Origin: an uncultured virus (IMG/VR IMGVR_UViG_3300031182_000003)
Taxonomy: Duplodnaviria; Heunggongvirae; Uroviricota; Caudoviricetes
Strand: one strand, 5' to 3'
IMG/VR virus record: IMGVR_UViG_3300031182_000003
Length of the DNA: 59,124 bases
Every line of letters begins with the position of its first letter. Position 1 is the stretch's first letter. Below the pieces are notes generated by a model. The model saw nothing but the letters and a program-made list of their open reading frames with translations, was not told where the DNA came from and ran no database searches. The position numbers and the translations under genes were made by a program. This document shows, one piece after another, positions 15,731-25,127 of this stretch.

Positions 15731-18122
15731 ATACCGCCCCGGCATCCTGAAGGTTCACGACTACGTCTCTTACCGCATCGCGCCCACGACCGACAACAAT
15801 AATGCGGAACTTGGTACACTCATCAAATCGTTCTACTCTATTCGCAACGATCAGTTATTCAAGGCGCTCCGAGGTGGTCAGCCAGTCATCGCATTTGAAC
15901 TGTACGCAGACCACAATACCAGCTTTTATCTTTACACGGTTCCCGCCCGACACAAGATTCTGATGAAGGAGCGCATTCAGGCCGCGTTCAAGGGAGCCGG
16001 GGTGAAAGAGCATACCCATAAAGGATGGCCGTTTGAGGAGGATCCGCCGGACACATTGATCGCTACCCTCAACCTGACGAAGAACCCGATCTTCCCGCTT
16101 CAACTCGGCGATACTATGATCTGCAAAGATATGCTTCATGTAACGGAGGAGTTGCGTGAGGGCGAAAAAGCTTTCGTGCAAATTCTGATCGAGCCGATTC
16201 TCGACAGTTGGCAGGAGGATCTGGAGAAGACCTATGAGGCGTATCTTCGGGGCGATCCGGTCGCTGATGGTAACTGGCTTCAGGCCGGAGGGCGGATGCT
16301 GGACAGTTCCATCACGCGATGGGTCAACACCATCGGTAAGCAGAAGCAGAGCGAGCGACCGAGTCAAAAGAAGCACCGGCAGATCAACGATTTTCACAAG
16401 AAAATTCGCCAGTCCGGCTTCCATGTTGCCGTCCGGCTGGCGGTGCAGGCGAAAGATTATGGCCGCCGAAACGACATTATCGAAGGACTTGCGGGCTCAT
16501 TCAAGGCAACCAACTACTACAACAATTGGCGTCTGTCCGGCGTGCTGTTCAAGAAAGCGGCGCTGATGTCCATCCAGAGAAGACAAATGCCTCTTATGTC
16601 TTCGCATAATCTCCTGTGCGAAGACGAGTTGAAAGGCTTGCTGTGTTTTCCCACGAAGGACATCAAGACAAAACGACTGGAGAGGATGGTGCCCGATGAA
16701 GAACATGTGGATCAACGTATCACAAGCGCAATCATTCCTGTTGGATATAGCATTGAATACGATTCCCGAGGAAAAGAAGTCGGATTTAGTATCGCTAATC
16801 CTGACACAGCCGCAAAGGCTCGACTTTGGATCGCTCCTCCGGGTAGTGGAAAATCAACTGCCGTCAAAGTCTTTATGCAAGGAGCCCTTGCCGTCGGACA
16901 TGGTGGAAGCATTTTTGATGTTGCAGACGGAAGGCTCTACCTCGAAGCAATCGAATGTACGCCGCTGGAGCGACGCGACAAACTCGTCCTCGTCGATTTC
17001 GCAAACCAAGAATATCCCCACGTCTTCAACTTCTCAAGTCTTGGAACAGACGCAGATACCATCGGCATGATGTTCGCGGAGTTCTTCGAGATTTTCTTCC
17101 ACACGGCGAGCTACGCTCGAATGAACTCCTTCCTTCAAAAATCGGCCATTACGGTATTCACCGACCCGGATTCGACGTTTCTGGAATTGATCCTGATGAT
17201 GCGGGATGAAGATTACCGCCGCAAGTTTCTGCCGAAGATCCGTAAAACACACCCGGATTTGTATCTATGGTGGAAATCGGAGTTCCCGAAGATCGCCAAG
17301 AGCGAGGCGATGATAAATGAAATTCTCCAGCCGATCCTCTACCGCCTCGATAACCTGCAATACAACAAACGGATCGCGCCGATCTTTTGCGGACGCGGCG
17401 GACGGCTGGAGATCGCCAAATGGATGAATGAAGGGCGGTGGATCCTCTACAACCTCTCCAACGGCGTATTTTTGGAGACGGAACAGCGGATGCTAATGAG
17501 TTTTCTCAATTACGCCTATTGGACGGCGACGCTGTCGCGAGAAGCAATGCTTCAGCGCAAGCAGGAGCCCATCCTACACCACAAGATGTACGACGAGCCG
17601 CAGACATACATGACAGCGACGCCGGTCTTTGAACTCAGCATCTCCAAATCGAGGAAGTACCGGGTGAGCGACAACTTCCTCATTCAGAATCCAACGCAAG
17701 TGATTAAGCGCGACCCGGCGCTCTGGAGCCAGATCATCGGCATGAATCCACATATCCTCGTCGGCGGCGGGCTTGACAACGATGGCCTAAAGGAAATGGC
17801 GAGTATCCTGAAGATCTCGAAGGAGGAACTCGCTCAGCTTGAATCGCTCGAATACCACTGGTACTTCAAGACGTATGTAGGCAAGGAGAGTCTGAAGCCG
17901 TTCATCTTCAACGCCAAAGGGATGCTCCCGAAATCCTACGGCCCGGATCCGGCCCTGCAACAAAAGTGGAGACGCATTCTTGCCCCGAAGACTGTGGATG
18001 AGCATCGAGAGGATATTTCGGCGCGAAACCTGAAGCTTACGGTTCAGGAATATCGCGAATTGTTGGAGTCCTACGAGCATAAAGAGGAGGAAGAAGGTGT
18101 TCCGCTTGGGCAGGATTCGTAA
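15714..18122 (+). CDS. VirD4/TraG-like (FtsK-HerA superfamily) coupling ATPase
   Basis: Walker A APPGSGKST, Walker B MYDEPQ, SRKYRV..LIQ..Q; overlaps the relaxase gene; no N-terminal TM. Confidence 0.8.
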   Translation: MQEANRYRPGILKVHDYVSYRIAPTTDNNNAELGTLIKSFYSIRNDQLFKALRGGQPVIAFELYADHNTSFYLYTVPARHKILMKERIQAAFKGAGVKEHTHKGWPFEEDPPDTLIATLNLTKNPIFPLQLGDTMICKDMLHVTEELREGEKAFVQILIEPILDSWQEDLEKTYEAYLRGDPVADGNWLQAGGRMLDSSITRWVNTIGKQKQSERPSQKKHRQINDFHKKIRQSGFHVAVRLAVQAKDYGRRNDIIEGLAGSFKATNYYNNWRLSGVLFKKAALMSIQRRQMPLMSSHNLLCEDELKGLLCFPTKDIKTKRLERMVPDEEHVDQRITSAIIPVGYSIEYDSRGKEVGFSIANPDTAAKARLWIAPPGSGKSTAVKVFMQGALAVGHGGSIFDVADGRLYLEAIECTPLERRDKLVLVDFANQEYPHVFNFSSLGTDADTIGMMFAEFFEIFFHTASYARMNSFLQKSAITVFTDPDSTFLELILMMRDEDYRRKFLPKIRKTHPDLYLWWKSEFPKIAKSEAMINEILQPILYRLDNLQYNKRIAPIFCGRGGRLEIAKWMNEGRWILYNLSNGVFLETEQRMLMSFLNYAYWTATLSREAMLQRKQEPILHHKMYDEPQTYMTATPVFELSISKSRKYRVSDNFLIQNPTQVIKRDPALWSQIIGMNPHILVGGGLDNDGLKEMASILKISKEELAQLESLEYHWYFKTYVGKESLKPFIFNAKGMLPKSYGPDPALQQKWRRILAPKTVDEHREDISARNLKLTVQEYRELLESYEHKEEEEGVPLGQDS

Positions 18123-18981
18123 GGGCCGCTCTCAGCGGGAACATGTGGCGACCATATCGAAGGAATGGGTACAGCAACATAGCCACATCCTCACGCCACG
18201 GGATGTGGCTATGTTGCACTTGCTGGCGCAGTTCCCGGTTATGACCGTGCGTCATCTTTATATATTGACGCCGCAGACCACACTCAAGAGCGGAAAGGTA
18301 ATCCGACCGTTCTTTGAGTGTCGGCGCGGCGAACAAATCTGCCGCGACCGCATCCGCAAGTTGTTTGAGTATCATTTCGTCAACAAGTATTCGCCGAAAC
18401 TACCCATAGGGGAGGGAACCAGCGTGCAATACATCTGGCTGGATCGAGCGGGATACAAATACTTGGACATCGAGGGTAGGCCGTCGAAGACGCTGACGAT
18501 GGAATACCAGCACCACGCCCGCATCCTCGACGCCTACTGTATGTTAACCGAGCTTGATCGCACGGGTGAGATTAGTATAGATCTGATGCGGGCCTGCTAT
18601 TCATACAAGCCGAAGACGGCGCAAATCGAGCCGGACTTAATCGTGGCCTTCAGGAAGAACGGATTCGGCTACAAATACTTCATTGAGGTAGACAACTGCG
18701 AAAAGAAGGAAATGGATGAGCTTCGCAAGCTGGAACGCTATCGTGATTGGGAACTCTCCAGCCAGTGGATCAAGGAGTCTTGGGCGGAATTATACCGCCG
18801 CAAGTTTCCGCGCGTTCTGTATCTGTTCTCCGGCGGCTCCGACAAAAAGATCTCCCGGCGCATTCATGCGTTCCGGGAGCGGGCCCGGGAGGTCGAATGC
18901 AGAGGAGACTTCCTGCCGTTCGAGCAATTCCGGGATAAGATTTTGAGCTTGGGGCATAATATGGAGAAGATGGGCATATGA
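18097..18981 (+). CDS. Replication-relaxation (Replic_Relax / MOB_C-type) relaxase
   Basis: LTPRD..ML..L...wHTH, WLDRAG, QHH, IEPD...FIEVD and KLERY motifs. Confidence 0.85.
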   Translation: MFRLGRIRKGRSQREHVATISKEWVQQHSHILTPRDVAMLHLLAQFPVMTVRHLYILTPQTTLKSGKVIRPFFECRRGEQICRDRIRKLFEYHFVNKYSPKLPIGEGTSVQYIWLDRAGYKYLDIEGRPSKTLTMEYQHHARILDAYCMLTELDRTGEISIDLMRACYSYKPKTAQIEPDLIVAFRKNGFGYKYFIEVDNCEKKEMDELRKLERYRDWELSSQWIKESWAELYRRKFPRVLYLFSGGSDKKISRRIHAFRERAREVECRGDFLPFEQFRDKILSLGHNMEKMGI

Positions 18982-19019
18982 TATATCGCTCCAGCACATC
19001 TTTGAGGCTGTCACCGAGC

Positions 19020-19061
19020 ATAAACGGCTCCCGTAGGACTATCACCCCGGGAGCCGTTTAT
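19020..19061. terminator. Bidirectional intrinsic terminator
   Basis: 14-bp perfect inverted repeat ATAAACGGCTCCCG/CGGGAGCCGTTTAT between convergent operons. Confidence 0.85.
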
Positions 19062-19960
19062 TATCCTCTCATGCGCTGTACCAGCAGGTAATTGACGCGC
19101 GTCGTTTCCGTGTCGTTGCACATTGACGACAGTACAATCGCATCGAGCGTTTCTGCCGCAATGAAGCCCGGCAGATCGGCGGACGAGCCATTAACGTACA
19201 GTTTGGCGACGCCGTTTTTGACCTCCAGTAACATATTGATGCGATCCACCCATACGTTGGCCGGAAGTACCGCATTCTCATTGCCGCCGACAACGAACAG
19301 AACTCCTTTGTTGACATCAAACCGGATCGCGTTGGAACCAGCCGACCCAAGCTTCACTTCAAGTTGATATTCCGTCGTGATGTCATTGAGCCCGAGGCTG
19401 ATGACATCCAGAACCAGCGCGAAGTTTTCGTTGTTCATGTCGATGGCGGAGCCCAATGTCGCGGCGACCGAGGAGAGATTGCCGAGTTCGAGGTAGCCGT
19501 TCGGCGTTACAACCGGCGCTGTCGATGTATTGCCGCTGGTGCCGGTCAGGCCGGTCGTGTTTGAGAATGTATGCTCCAGCGCCGTCAGACGGCTTGCGTA
19601 AACGTCCAGTGGATGCGTGATGTAATCCTTCAGCGTCACGTCCGTCGCACTGTCGTTAATCATTTCGAGCTTCGTGGACACGACTTCGACCGGAGTGGTC
19701 AGGGACACCGTACGCCGCGTCTCAAGACCGTTGATGTCAATCTTGAAGACGTGCAGATCCCAAATGTGCCCGAACTTTGCGACCTGAACCTGCGGATTCT
19801 TCGTCGGCTCGGTGTCGATCACGTCCGCAATGGACATCGTTCGTTCTTGCTGGAGATTGTTGTTGCGAAAGTACCGGATCGAAGCGTTCTTCGTTGCCGG
19901 ATTGATCTCTACCATGACGTAATGTCTGGCGTCGTCGTTGATGATGTACTTGAGCTTCAT
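19061..19960 (-). CDS. Hypothetical beta-rich protein, possible C-terminal lectin-like domain
   Basis: About 300 aa, Thr/Gly linker, beta-rich C-terminal half. Confidence 0.75.
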   Translation of the reverse strand: MKLKYIINDDARHYVMVEINPATKNASIRYFRNNNLQQERTMSIADVIDTEPTKNPQVQVAKFGHIWDLHVFKIDINGLETRRTVSLTTPVEVVSTKLEMINDSATDVTLKDYITHPLDVYASRLTALEHTFSNTTGLTGTSGNTSTAPVVTPNGYLELGNLSSVAATLGSAIDMNNENFALVLDVISLGLNDITTEYQLEVKLGSAGSNAIRFDVNKGVLFVVGGNENAVLPANVWVDRINMLLEVKNGVAKLYVNGSSADLPGFIAAETLDAIVLSSMCNDTETTRVNYLLVQRMRG

Positions 19961-19962
19961 AT

Positions 19963-20469
19963 TCACCCTCCTATTGTGAAGAATGTCGTGAAGGAACGAG
20001 ACGTAATCGTTCTGCTGACCATGCCGCCAGCCGGAACGACAATATCCTTCTTGGCGTTGAAGTAACCGTCAACCCATTCAAATCGTGTCATGAAATCGTC
20101 GAAGGCGACATCCTTCAGCTTTTTCGCATACGGTGCTACCGGCTCCCGGGCCGGTAGCGGCACCTTGCGAATGTTCAGATTCGGCCTTGCGTCCGACAGC
20201 ATAAATTCAATCACGCCGCTCGGATCAGACTCGTTTCCGGTCAAATCAACACTGGTGACGCAGAAGTAATACTTCATGTCGGGGCGAAGAACCGGGGTCA
20301 CAAATCTTGTCGTCTCGATGAGCGACTTGTTGAGTTTGACGAAATTCTCCGGCTTGTTCTCCGCCATGTAGACGTTGTATCCGTCCAAATCGCTGTCGTG
20401 AACCGGATCCCACTGGAGAATCGCGCCCCGGTCATTGATGACAACCAAGCTTTGAGCAATGTAATGCAT
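19963..20469 (-). CDS. Fibronectin type III domain protein
   Basis: LQWDP..DSDLDGYNVY...YYFCVTSVDLTGNESDPS. Confidence 0.82.
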   Translation of the reverse strand: MHYIAQSLVVINDRGAILQWDPVHDSDLDGYNVYMAENKPENFVKLNKSLIETTRFVTPVLRPDMKYYFCVTSVDLTGNESDPSGVIEFMLSDARPNLNIRKVPLPAREPVAPYAKKLKDVAFDDFMTRFEWVDGYFNAKKDIVVPAGGMVSRTITSRSFTTFFTIGG

Positions 20470-20473
20470 ACGA

Positions 20474-20722
20474 TCACCACAACTTTTGATAGTGGGCGAC
20501 GACAGTGTCCAATGGCTCCAGATCGTAGGTGAACTCGATGGAGAACGGAGTCAATTCGTTGTAATCATAGCCGGGCACCGCATACATACCGTTGTAGTAG
20601 ATGACCAGATCGCCCTGACCGGGATGATAGCGGCGCGGCAGATTGACGACACGGGTTTTGGACGTGATCGTAATCGGCTCGACCGCCACATAGGGCTCTT
20701 TCCATTCAGCCACGACCAACAC
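20474..20722 (-). CDS. Small virion-type beta-sandwich protein
   Basis: LVIYYNG...GYDYNE...SIEFTYDL module. Confidence 0.72.
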   Translation of the reverse strand: MLVVAEWKEPYVAVEPITITSKTRVVNLPRRYHPGQGDLVIYYNGMYAVPGYDYNELTPFSIEFTYDLEPLDTVVAHYQKLW

Positions 20723-20723
20723 C

Positions 20724-21032
20724 TCACTGTCCGCCGAGGATGGTTCCGTAGAAGGTTTGGGCCGAGGAATCGTAATGGCGCACCTTCAGGATGACTTCTC
20801 TACCGGCGGGGAGCAGAACACCCCGGTCGGCAACGTAGGCGGTACGGTTGCCGGGCGACGTTTGGTATCTGTACCACGGATCGCCGTCCACGTAAAGGAT
20901 GAACTCCCCGGAGTAACTTCCGGTTCCCATGAACCCGATCAGGAAGCTGTAACCGTCGGAGACCCATGTACAGATGGCGGTCTCTGTATCTGGTTGGGCG
21001 ACAACGCCCGTCCCGTTGTTGTGAGCCAACAT
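20724..21032 (-). CDS. Hypothetical beta-rich protein
   Basis: AAGGAGTG RBS; tightly packed. Confidence 0.72.
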   Translation of the reverse strand: MLAHNNGTGVVAQPDTETAICTWVSDGYSFLIGFMGTGSYSGEFILYVDGDPWYRYQTSPGNRTAYVADRGVLLPAGREVILKVRHYDSSAQTFYGTILGGQ

Positions 21033-21037
21033 GGCAC

Positions 21038-21928
21038 TCACTCCTTAATGAGTCGTTTCTCCCGCAGGATGTCTTCCAGCACGGAGATGATGTATCGACG
21101 CTTCTCGTTGATGGTCTTGCGGCTACAGCCAAGCATGTCAGCAATGTCACTGTCTGTATGCTTTGATCGGCGTTTGCGTTCCTCGTAAACGTCCCGGATC
21201 TCCGCAGAAACATCATCGCCGAAAAACGTCTTGTACTCGTAATACCATTTGAGGATGCGGCGCTCGTGCGGCGTAAGAACAGCGAAGATCTCTCCGCAAT
21301 CGCCATTGATCCAATTGACATCATACAACGTGTACTCATTCGAGTTGACGTAGTATTTCAGCGGCGGTGCATCGAGCCGGTATTCATCCTCGTGGTAGTA
21401 ATCATATCTGAGAATCAGCCATTCCTCGTCGAACGGGACAAGCTTGAACCGATCCAGCGAACGCGACAAATGGCTGAGCAATTGCTTCGGAAACGTCGTC
21501 GATATGTAGTTGTAGAACTTCTTGCCCTTATGGCGGTCTGCCATTTCGATGAAGATCAGCCGCATGGATTGAAGCAAGTCCGCTTCGTCGTGGTCTGCAA
21601 ACAGATATCGAATGTGTTGTACCGTTTTGTACAGCTTCACACGGGCCGCGCTGTTGCGGCGGTAATTGTAGACGCCCATGCGTTCTTCTCGCGTCTTCAT
21701 AAAGGCTGTCGCAAAGCGACGCTGAATGCTGTTGTAAATGTCGAACTTCGAGTGTCGGATGCTCCTGCGGCCATCTCTGCCGGTTACAGTGTATATTGGT
21801 TTGAGTACCTGAAGGAACTTCAGGAAATATTGCTCGTAGTGTCTCAGCAGAGTTTCAATGGCATCTTTATTTCCCTTCTGGTAGGCGTAGACCAACACCT
21901 CGATTTCGTCGTATGGTAGCTTTTTCAT
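21038..21928 (-). CDS. Phage sigma-70-family RNA polymerase sigma factor
   Basis: YQKGNKDAIETLL, ADLLQ...FYNY (region 2), LTPHERRIL...TDSDIADMLGCSRKTINEKR (region 4). Confidence 0.8.
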   Translation of the reverse strand: MKKLPYDEIEVLVYAYQKGNKDAIETLLRHYEQYFLKFLQVLKPIYTVTGRDGRRSIRHSKFDIYNSIQRRFATAFMKTREERMGVYNYRRNSAARVKLYKTVQHIRYLFADHDEADLLQSMRLIFIEMADRHKGKKFYNYISTTFPKQLLSHLSRSLDRFKLVPFDEEWLILRYDYYHEDEYRLDAPPLKYYVNSNEYTLYDVNWINGDCGEIFAVLTPHERRILKWYYEYKTFFGDDVSAEIRDVYEERKRRSKHTDSDIADMLGCSRKTINEKRRYIISVLEDILREKRLIKE

Positions 21929-21952
21929 CGCGGCCTACCCTCTTTCAGCGAA

Positions 21953-22489
21953 CTAGAGGAACTCGGCTACAGATGGATTCACGAAGTAGGCGTGAGCGAC
22001 GCAACAAGCATCAGAAATATCGTCGTTCTTGTCCTTGCCGCCGCCGATGAACTTCGGCCCGAGTGCCTTTTTCAGCAATTTGGAATGCGGGTAAAGCGCC
22101 TTGATTGCATGGAAGCAATCTTCCTTCTTGCTGTTGCCCCTCCCGGCGACAGCCTGCTTCACTTGTGTTGAACGAAGCACATGCAATCCGGGATATTCCA
22201 AATCAAGAACCGCCTGCTCGATATGGCCGCGCAGGCGGGCGACCGGAATGATGGCCGACGGACGCTTCGGGTTAATGAAGATATCCTCAATTACGACAAC
22301 ATCGACCGAGTTGAACATCAGAAGTTGACTGATCTCTCCGGCGATATATCGGGCCCGATGCTGGTTGCTCGGCGTGGCCTTCTTCTTTGTCGTTTTGATG
22401 CGTTCGATCACGATGAAATCGTTGATGGCCGTGTCCAATATTGCAAATCCGGTAGAATCGAGTCCGGCGTCAATACCCGCAATCCGCAT
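21953..22489 (-). CDS. ruvC: RuvC-type Holliday junction resolvase
   Basis: IAGIDAGLDSTGFA, VVIED, VKQAVAGRGNSKK, DDISDA. Confidence 0.88.
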   Translation of the reverse strand: MRIAGIDAGLDSTGFAILDTAINDFIVIERIKTTKKKATPSNQHRARYIAGEISQLLMFNSVDVVVIEDIFINPKRPSAIIPVARLRGHIEQAVLDLEYPGLHVLRSTQVKQAVAGRGNSKKEDCFHAIKALYPHSKLLKKALGPKFIGGGKDKNDDISDACCVAHAYFVNPSVAEFL

Positions 22490-22632
22490 TACTTACCCCC
22501 GTCTTTCTTCTCGTTGACCTTGCGGCCAGCTTCTTTGTACTGCTCCTCGAACTTCTTGTCCTTGAACTCCTCCGTCCCATCGTCATGCAGGCGCATGAGT
22601 TCATCGCCGTCCGCGTTCTTGATCTTCAACAT
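22489..22632 (-). CDS. 47-aa charged hypothetical protein (absent from the ORF track)
   Basis: MLKIKNADGDELMRLHDDG...; GGGGTGG RBS; TAATG coupling to ruvC. Confidence 0.65.
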   Translation of the reverse strand: MLKIKNADGDELMRLHDDGTEEFKDKKFEEQYKEAGRKVNEKKDGGK

Positions 22633-23423
22633 TGATACCACCCCTTTTCGCAATGTTTTTCATATGGACAAGTCAGACACCGCTCCCCGAACTCCGGGTA
22701 GAAGATGTCCTCTTTGTGTGCCTTCTCAATGCGGTCAAGCAGGTGTTCAAGCTGGCGGTAATCCTCCTCGCTCCGCTCTGTTACCACCAACTTACCGCTG
22801 ATAATTCCATGATACACTATTTTCTCCTCTTTGACATTCATCAGTTTCCTGAAGGCGTAGCTGGCCGCCGTCACCCGCCAGTCGCGGCGGAGATGGACGA
22901 ACGGAGCATACCGCTCGTCAACGAGGAACTCGGTCATTTCAATGAACTCTCGGCGCTCCGGGGTTTGTACAACACGCACTAGATCAATGCGGCCTTCAAG
23001 GATGTGGGAGCCAATGCGTACGGTATAATCGAAGTCCACCATGATCGGAGTGCCCCAACCGGCTTCATCATAATGCTCGAACACTTGGCGTAGCTTATCC
23101 CATCCTTGTTTGCGCTTTTCGTCATGCACATCGCGCCAGCTTGTCTCTTTGAACCGGATGTCTTCCTGCTCGCTCCGGGGTTTGACCCACAGATACCCCC
23201 ACTTGCGTTTCAGCAAGTGGATGTCCGGGATAAAACCATCCTGTACTTTATGAAAGAGAGAGGCAACCGACTTGTGTAACGCCTTGTCGTAAGCCTCCAT
23301 GATCGAGTGTCGATTGGCCCGCCCGGCGTGAGTCAGCGATGCGTCGATATTCTGGATGTACCGGTATTTGTGCAATTGCGGGCACGCCAGATAATCCATT
23401 AGCGCATCGACATGGATCTTCAT
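22626..23423 (-). CDS. Cas4/RecB-like PD-(D/E)xK-fold protein with Fe-S cysteines, catalytic Lys apparently missing
   Basis: YLACP, LEGRIDLV and CLTCPYEKHC present; the expected DYKT reads EFLV. Confidence 0.72.
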   Translation of the reverse strand: MKIHVDALMDYLACPQLHKYRYIQNIDASLTHAGRANRHSIMEAYDKALHKSVASLFHKVQDGFIPDIHLLKRKWGYLWVKPRSEQEDIRFKETSWRDVHDEKRKQGWDKLRQVFEHYDEAGWGTPIMVDFDYTVRIGSHILEGRIDLVRVVQTPERREFIEMTEFLVDERYAPFVHLRRDWRVTAASYAFRKLMNVKEEKIVYHGIISGKLVVTERSEEDYRQLEHLLDRIEKAHKEDIFYPEFGERCLTCPYEKHCEKGWYQC

Positions 23424-23683
23424 CCGTACACAACCATCCTGCGGTTTCTGTGAGGTTTATGTAACATCGTTTGTTTGGCCCATACGCGAACCTTGAAGGA
23501 GTTCTCGCTCTTGAGTCCTTTGGGCACCATCACCGCATCAGCTTTGTAATCCTCCGGCCTGACCGTGCCGTTTAAGATCGACGACACGGAGACGAAGCTA
23601 ACTTGGTGGCCGGGCACCGAATAGGTGTGGCCGCCAGACTGTTCTTCCTTCGTGATGATGAGCAAGGTGTGCTGATTTTTCAT
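23420..23683 (-). CDS. Hypothetical protein
   Basis: GGAGGGTG RBS; ATGA coupling. Confidence 0.7.
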   Translation of the reverse strand: MKNQHTLLIITKEEQSGGHTYSVPGHQVSFVSVSSILNGTVRPEDYKADAVMVPKGLKSENSFKVRVWAKQTMLHKPHRNRRMVVYG

Positions 23684-23688
23684 CGTTG

Positions 23689-24270
23689 TCACCCTCCAGA
23701 CAAGGTTTGAAGCCGAGCCGCAATCTGGAATACCTCCCACCAGTTTGTTACCCGGTGCAACAGCCGGTGTTCGTATTCCCGGTTATGTTCGTAATCGAAC
23801 AGGATGACTGGAATCTTGTGTTCCAGAAACGGTTTGGCGCGATCAAGGCGATCTTCGATCATGAGGTCGATCTTGATACCGTTGGTTTCACAAAACTCGT
23901 ACTTGCATCCCGATGTGAAGTACACCCGGTCGATATAAGGCAAAACGTTGTTGTCATGAAGCCACTTCAGCGTAACCTCGCGATTATCGTCCATCCGATT
24001 CGTAATGATATCCAGCGCCATATGGCGGCGGCGGAGGCCGTTAAGCATTTGCGGCAAGTAAGGTTTCAGCCGCGTCTGCTCATACAACCGCTTATGATTG
24101 CGCTCAAAGAACCGGATGACATCTTCGCTGGTCATACCGCAGACACGATCCATGAAAAAGTACCTGCGGAGATCCTCCAAGCAATTGATGCCGGTTTCGT
24201 CAAAATACGCTTCCGCAATCGCTTCACTGAACTCATTCAGCGTGTCATCTATGTCGATCCCGATTCGCAA
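23689..24270 (-). CDS. HAD-family 5'(3')-deoxyribonucleotidase (NT5C-like)
   Basis: IGIDIDDTL, IITNR, K...IDLMIED, YEHNR. Confidence 0.88.
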   Translation of the reverse strand: MRIGIDIDDTLNEFSEAIAEAYFDETGINCLEDLRRYFFMDRVCGMTSEDVIRFFERNHKRLYEQTRLKPYLPQMLNGLRRRHMALDIITNRMDDNREVTLKWLHDNNVLPYIDRVYFTSGCKYEFCETNGIKIDLMIEDRLDRAKPFLEHKIPVILFDYEHNREYEHRLLHRVTNWWEVFQIAARLQTLSGG

Positions 24271-24619
24271 ATTGTCTCCGCTCCCTTGCAATCCCCGACT
24301 CGCGGTCAAGCATACGGAACGCAGAGTCCCTGCAAGGTTCGTGCGTACTCCATGTTAATTCCCACTCCGTCGGTTTGTGTCCATTGTAGTCCATCGGATA
24401 TCCGCACAGCGTACAGTAGTTTGCGGGCTTCGCCTTCATTTCCTCAAAGAACCGGCGCTGTGCGGCGATGTATTCGTCGTAGTTCGTCCACGTTCTCCGT
24501 TCACGCTGAGGTTGTTTATGACGGTCTTGCGCGGGCAATCCGTACTCATTGCGCGGCCTTTTGCGTCTCATCGGTTCGCGGCTTGCGCGAGTGTCGTCAT
24601 ATCCGTAGTCTCTTGGCAT
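24245..24619 (-). CDS. Hypothetical Arg-rich protein with CxxC...HxxC zinc finger
   Basis: CTLCG...HEPC. Confidence 0.7.
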   Translation of the reverse strand: MPRDYGYDDTRASREPMRRKRPRNEYGLPAQDRHKQPQRERRTWTNYDEYIAAQRRFFEEMKAKPANYCTLCGYPMDYNGHKPTEWELTWSTHEPCRDSAFRMLDRESGIARERRQFANRDRHR

Positions 24620-24854
24620 TTCCCTCACCTATCAATTGGAAGCAGGATACCGAAGCGTCAAACGGCACTCGGTACTGCTCGAAGTAATTCGCAACATCGC
24701 GGTTGGTAATGTTGTATGCTCCGTTTGAGCTACAAATCGTAATGTGGAGCGGGTTGATTCCCTGCTCCACGAACTCCCGGACTTCTTCAATACGCCTGCG
24801 CTCGAACGGAAGCCGTCGCTCGATGGGATAGGAATAAGTACGGCGATCCATCAA
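24597..24854 (-). CDS. Hypothetical protein
   Basis: Coupled ORF in operon. Confidence 0.65.
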   Translation of the reverse strand: MMDRRTYSYPIERRLPFERRRIEEVREFVEQGINPLHITICSSNGAYNITNRDVANYFEQYRVPFDASVSCFQLIGEGNAKRLRI

Positions 24855-25123
24855 TTATCAGCATCCTCGCTTCCACGGAGAACCTTGTTGGCAAGGCGAC
24901 GAATTTTCTCGCCGGTCTCCGGTGTTACAGTAACCGCAAAGTTTTCTCTGCGGATTGCCCAAGCACGTTTCTTGTGGTCGTGCCCGCAGAACTCGACCGG
25001 GCAATTCTGACAACGTACGTACAGGTGGGATGCCTTCACCATGCACTTGAAGCAGATCGGACATGGCTCATACATCGAACATCCGTTGCTCAGTTCTTTG
25101 TTGATGTACATTGCTTTACTCAT
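24851..25123 (-). CDS. Cys-rich putative metal-binding protein
   Basis: CPICFKC...CQNC..FCGH; GGAGG RBS. Confidence 0.72.
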   Translation of the reverse strand: MSKAMYINKELSNGCSMYEPCPICFKCMVKASHLYVRCQNCPVEFCGHDHKKRAWAIRRENFAVTVTPETGEKIRRLANKVLRGSEDADN

Positions 25124-25127
25124 GGCT

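Noticed and set aside
22626..23423. Cas4-like gene as part of a CRISPR-Cas locus
   Set aside because: No repeat-spacer array or other cas genes; it sits in a recombination operon
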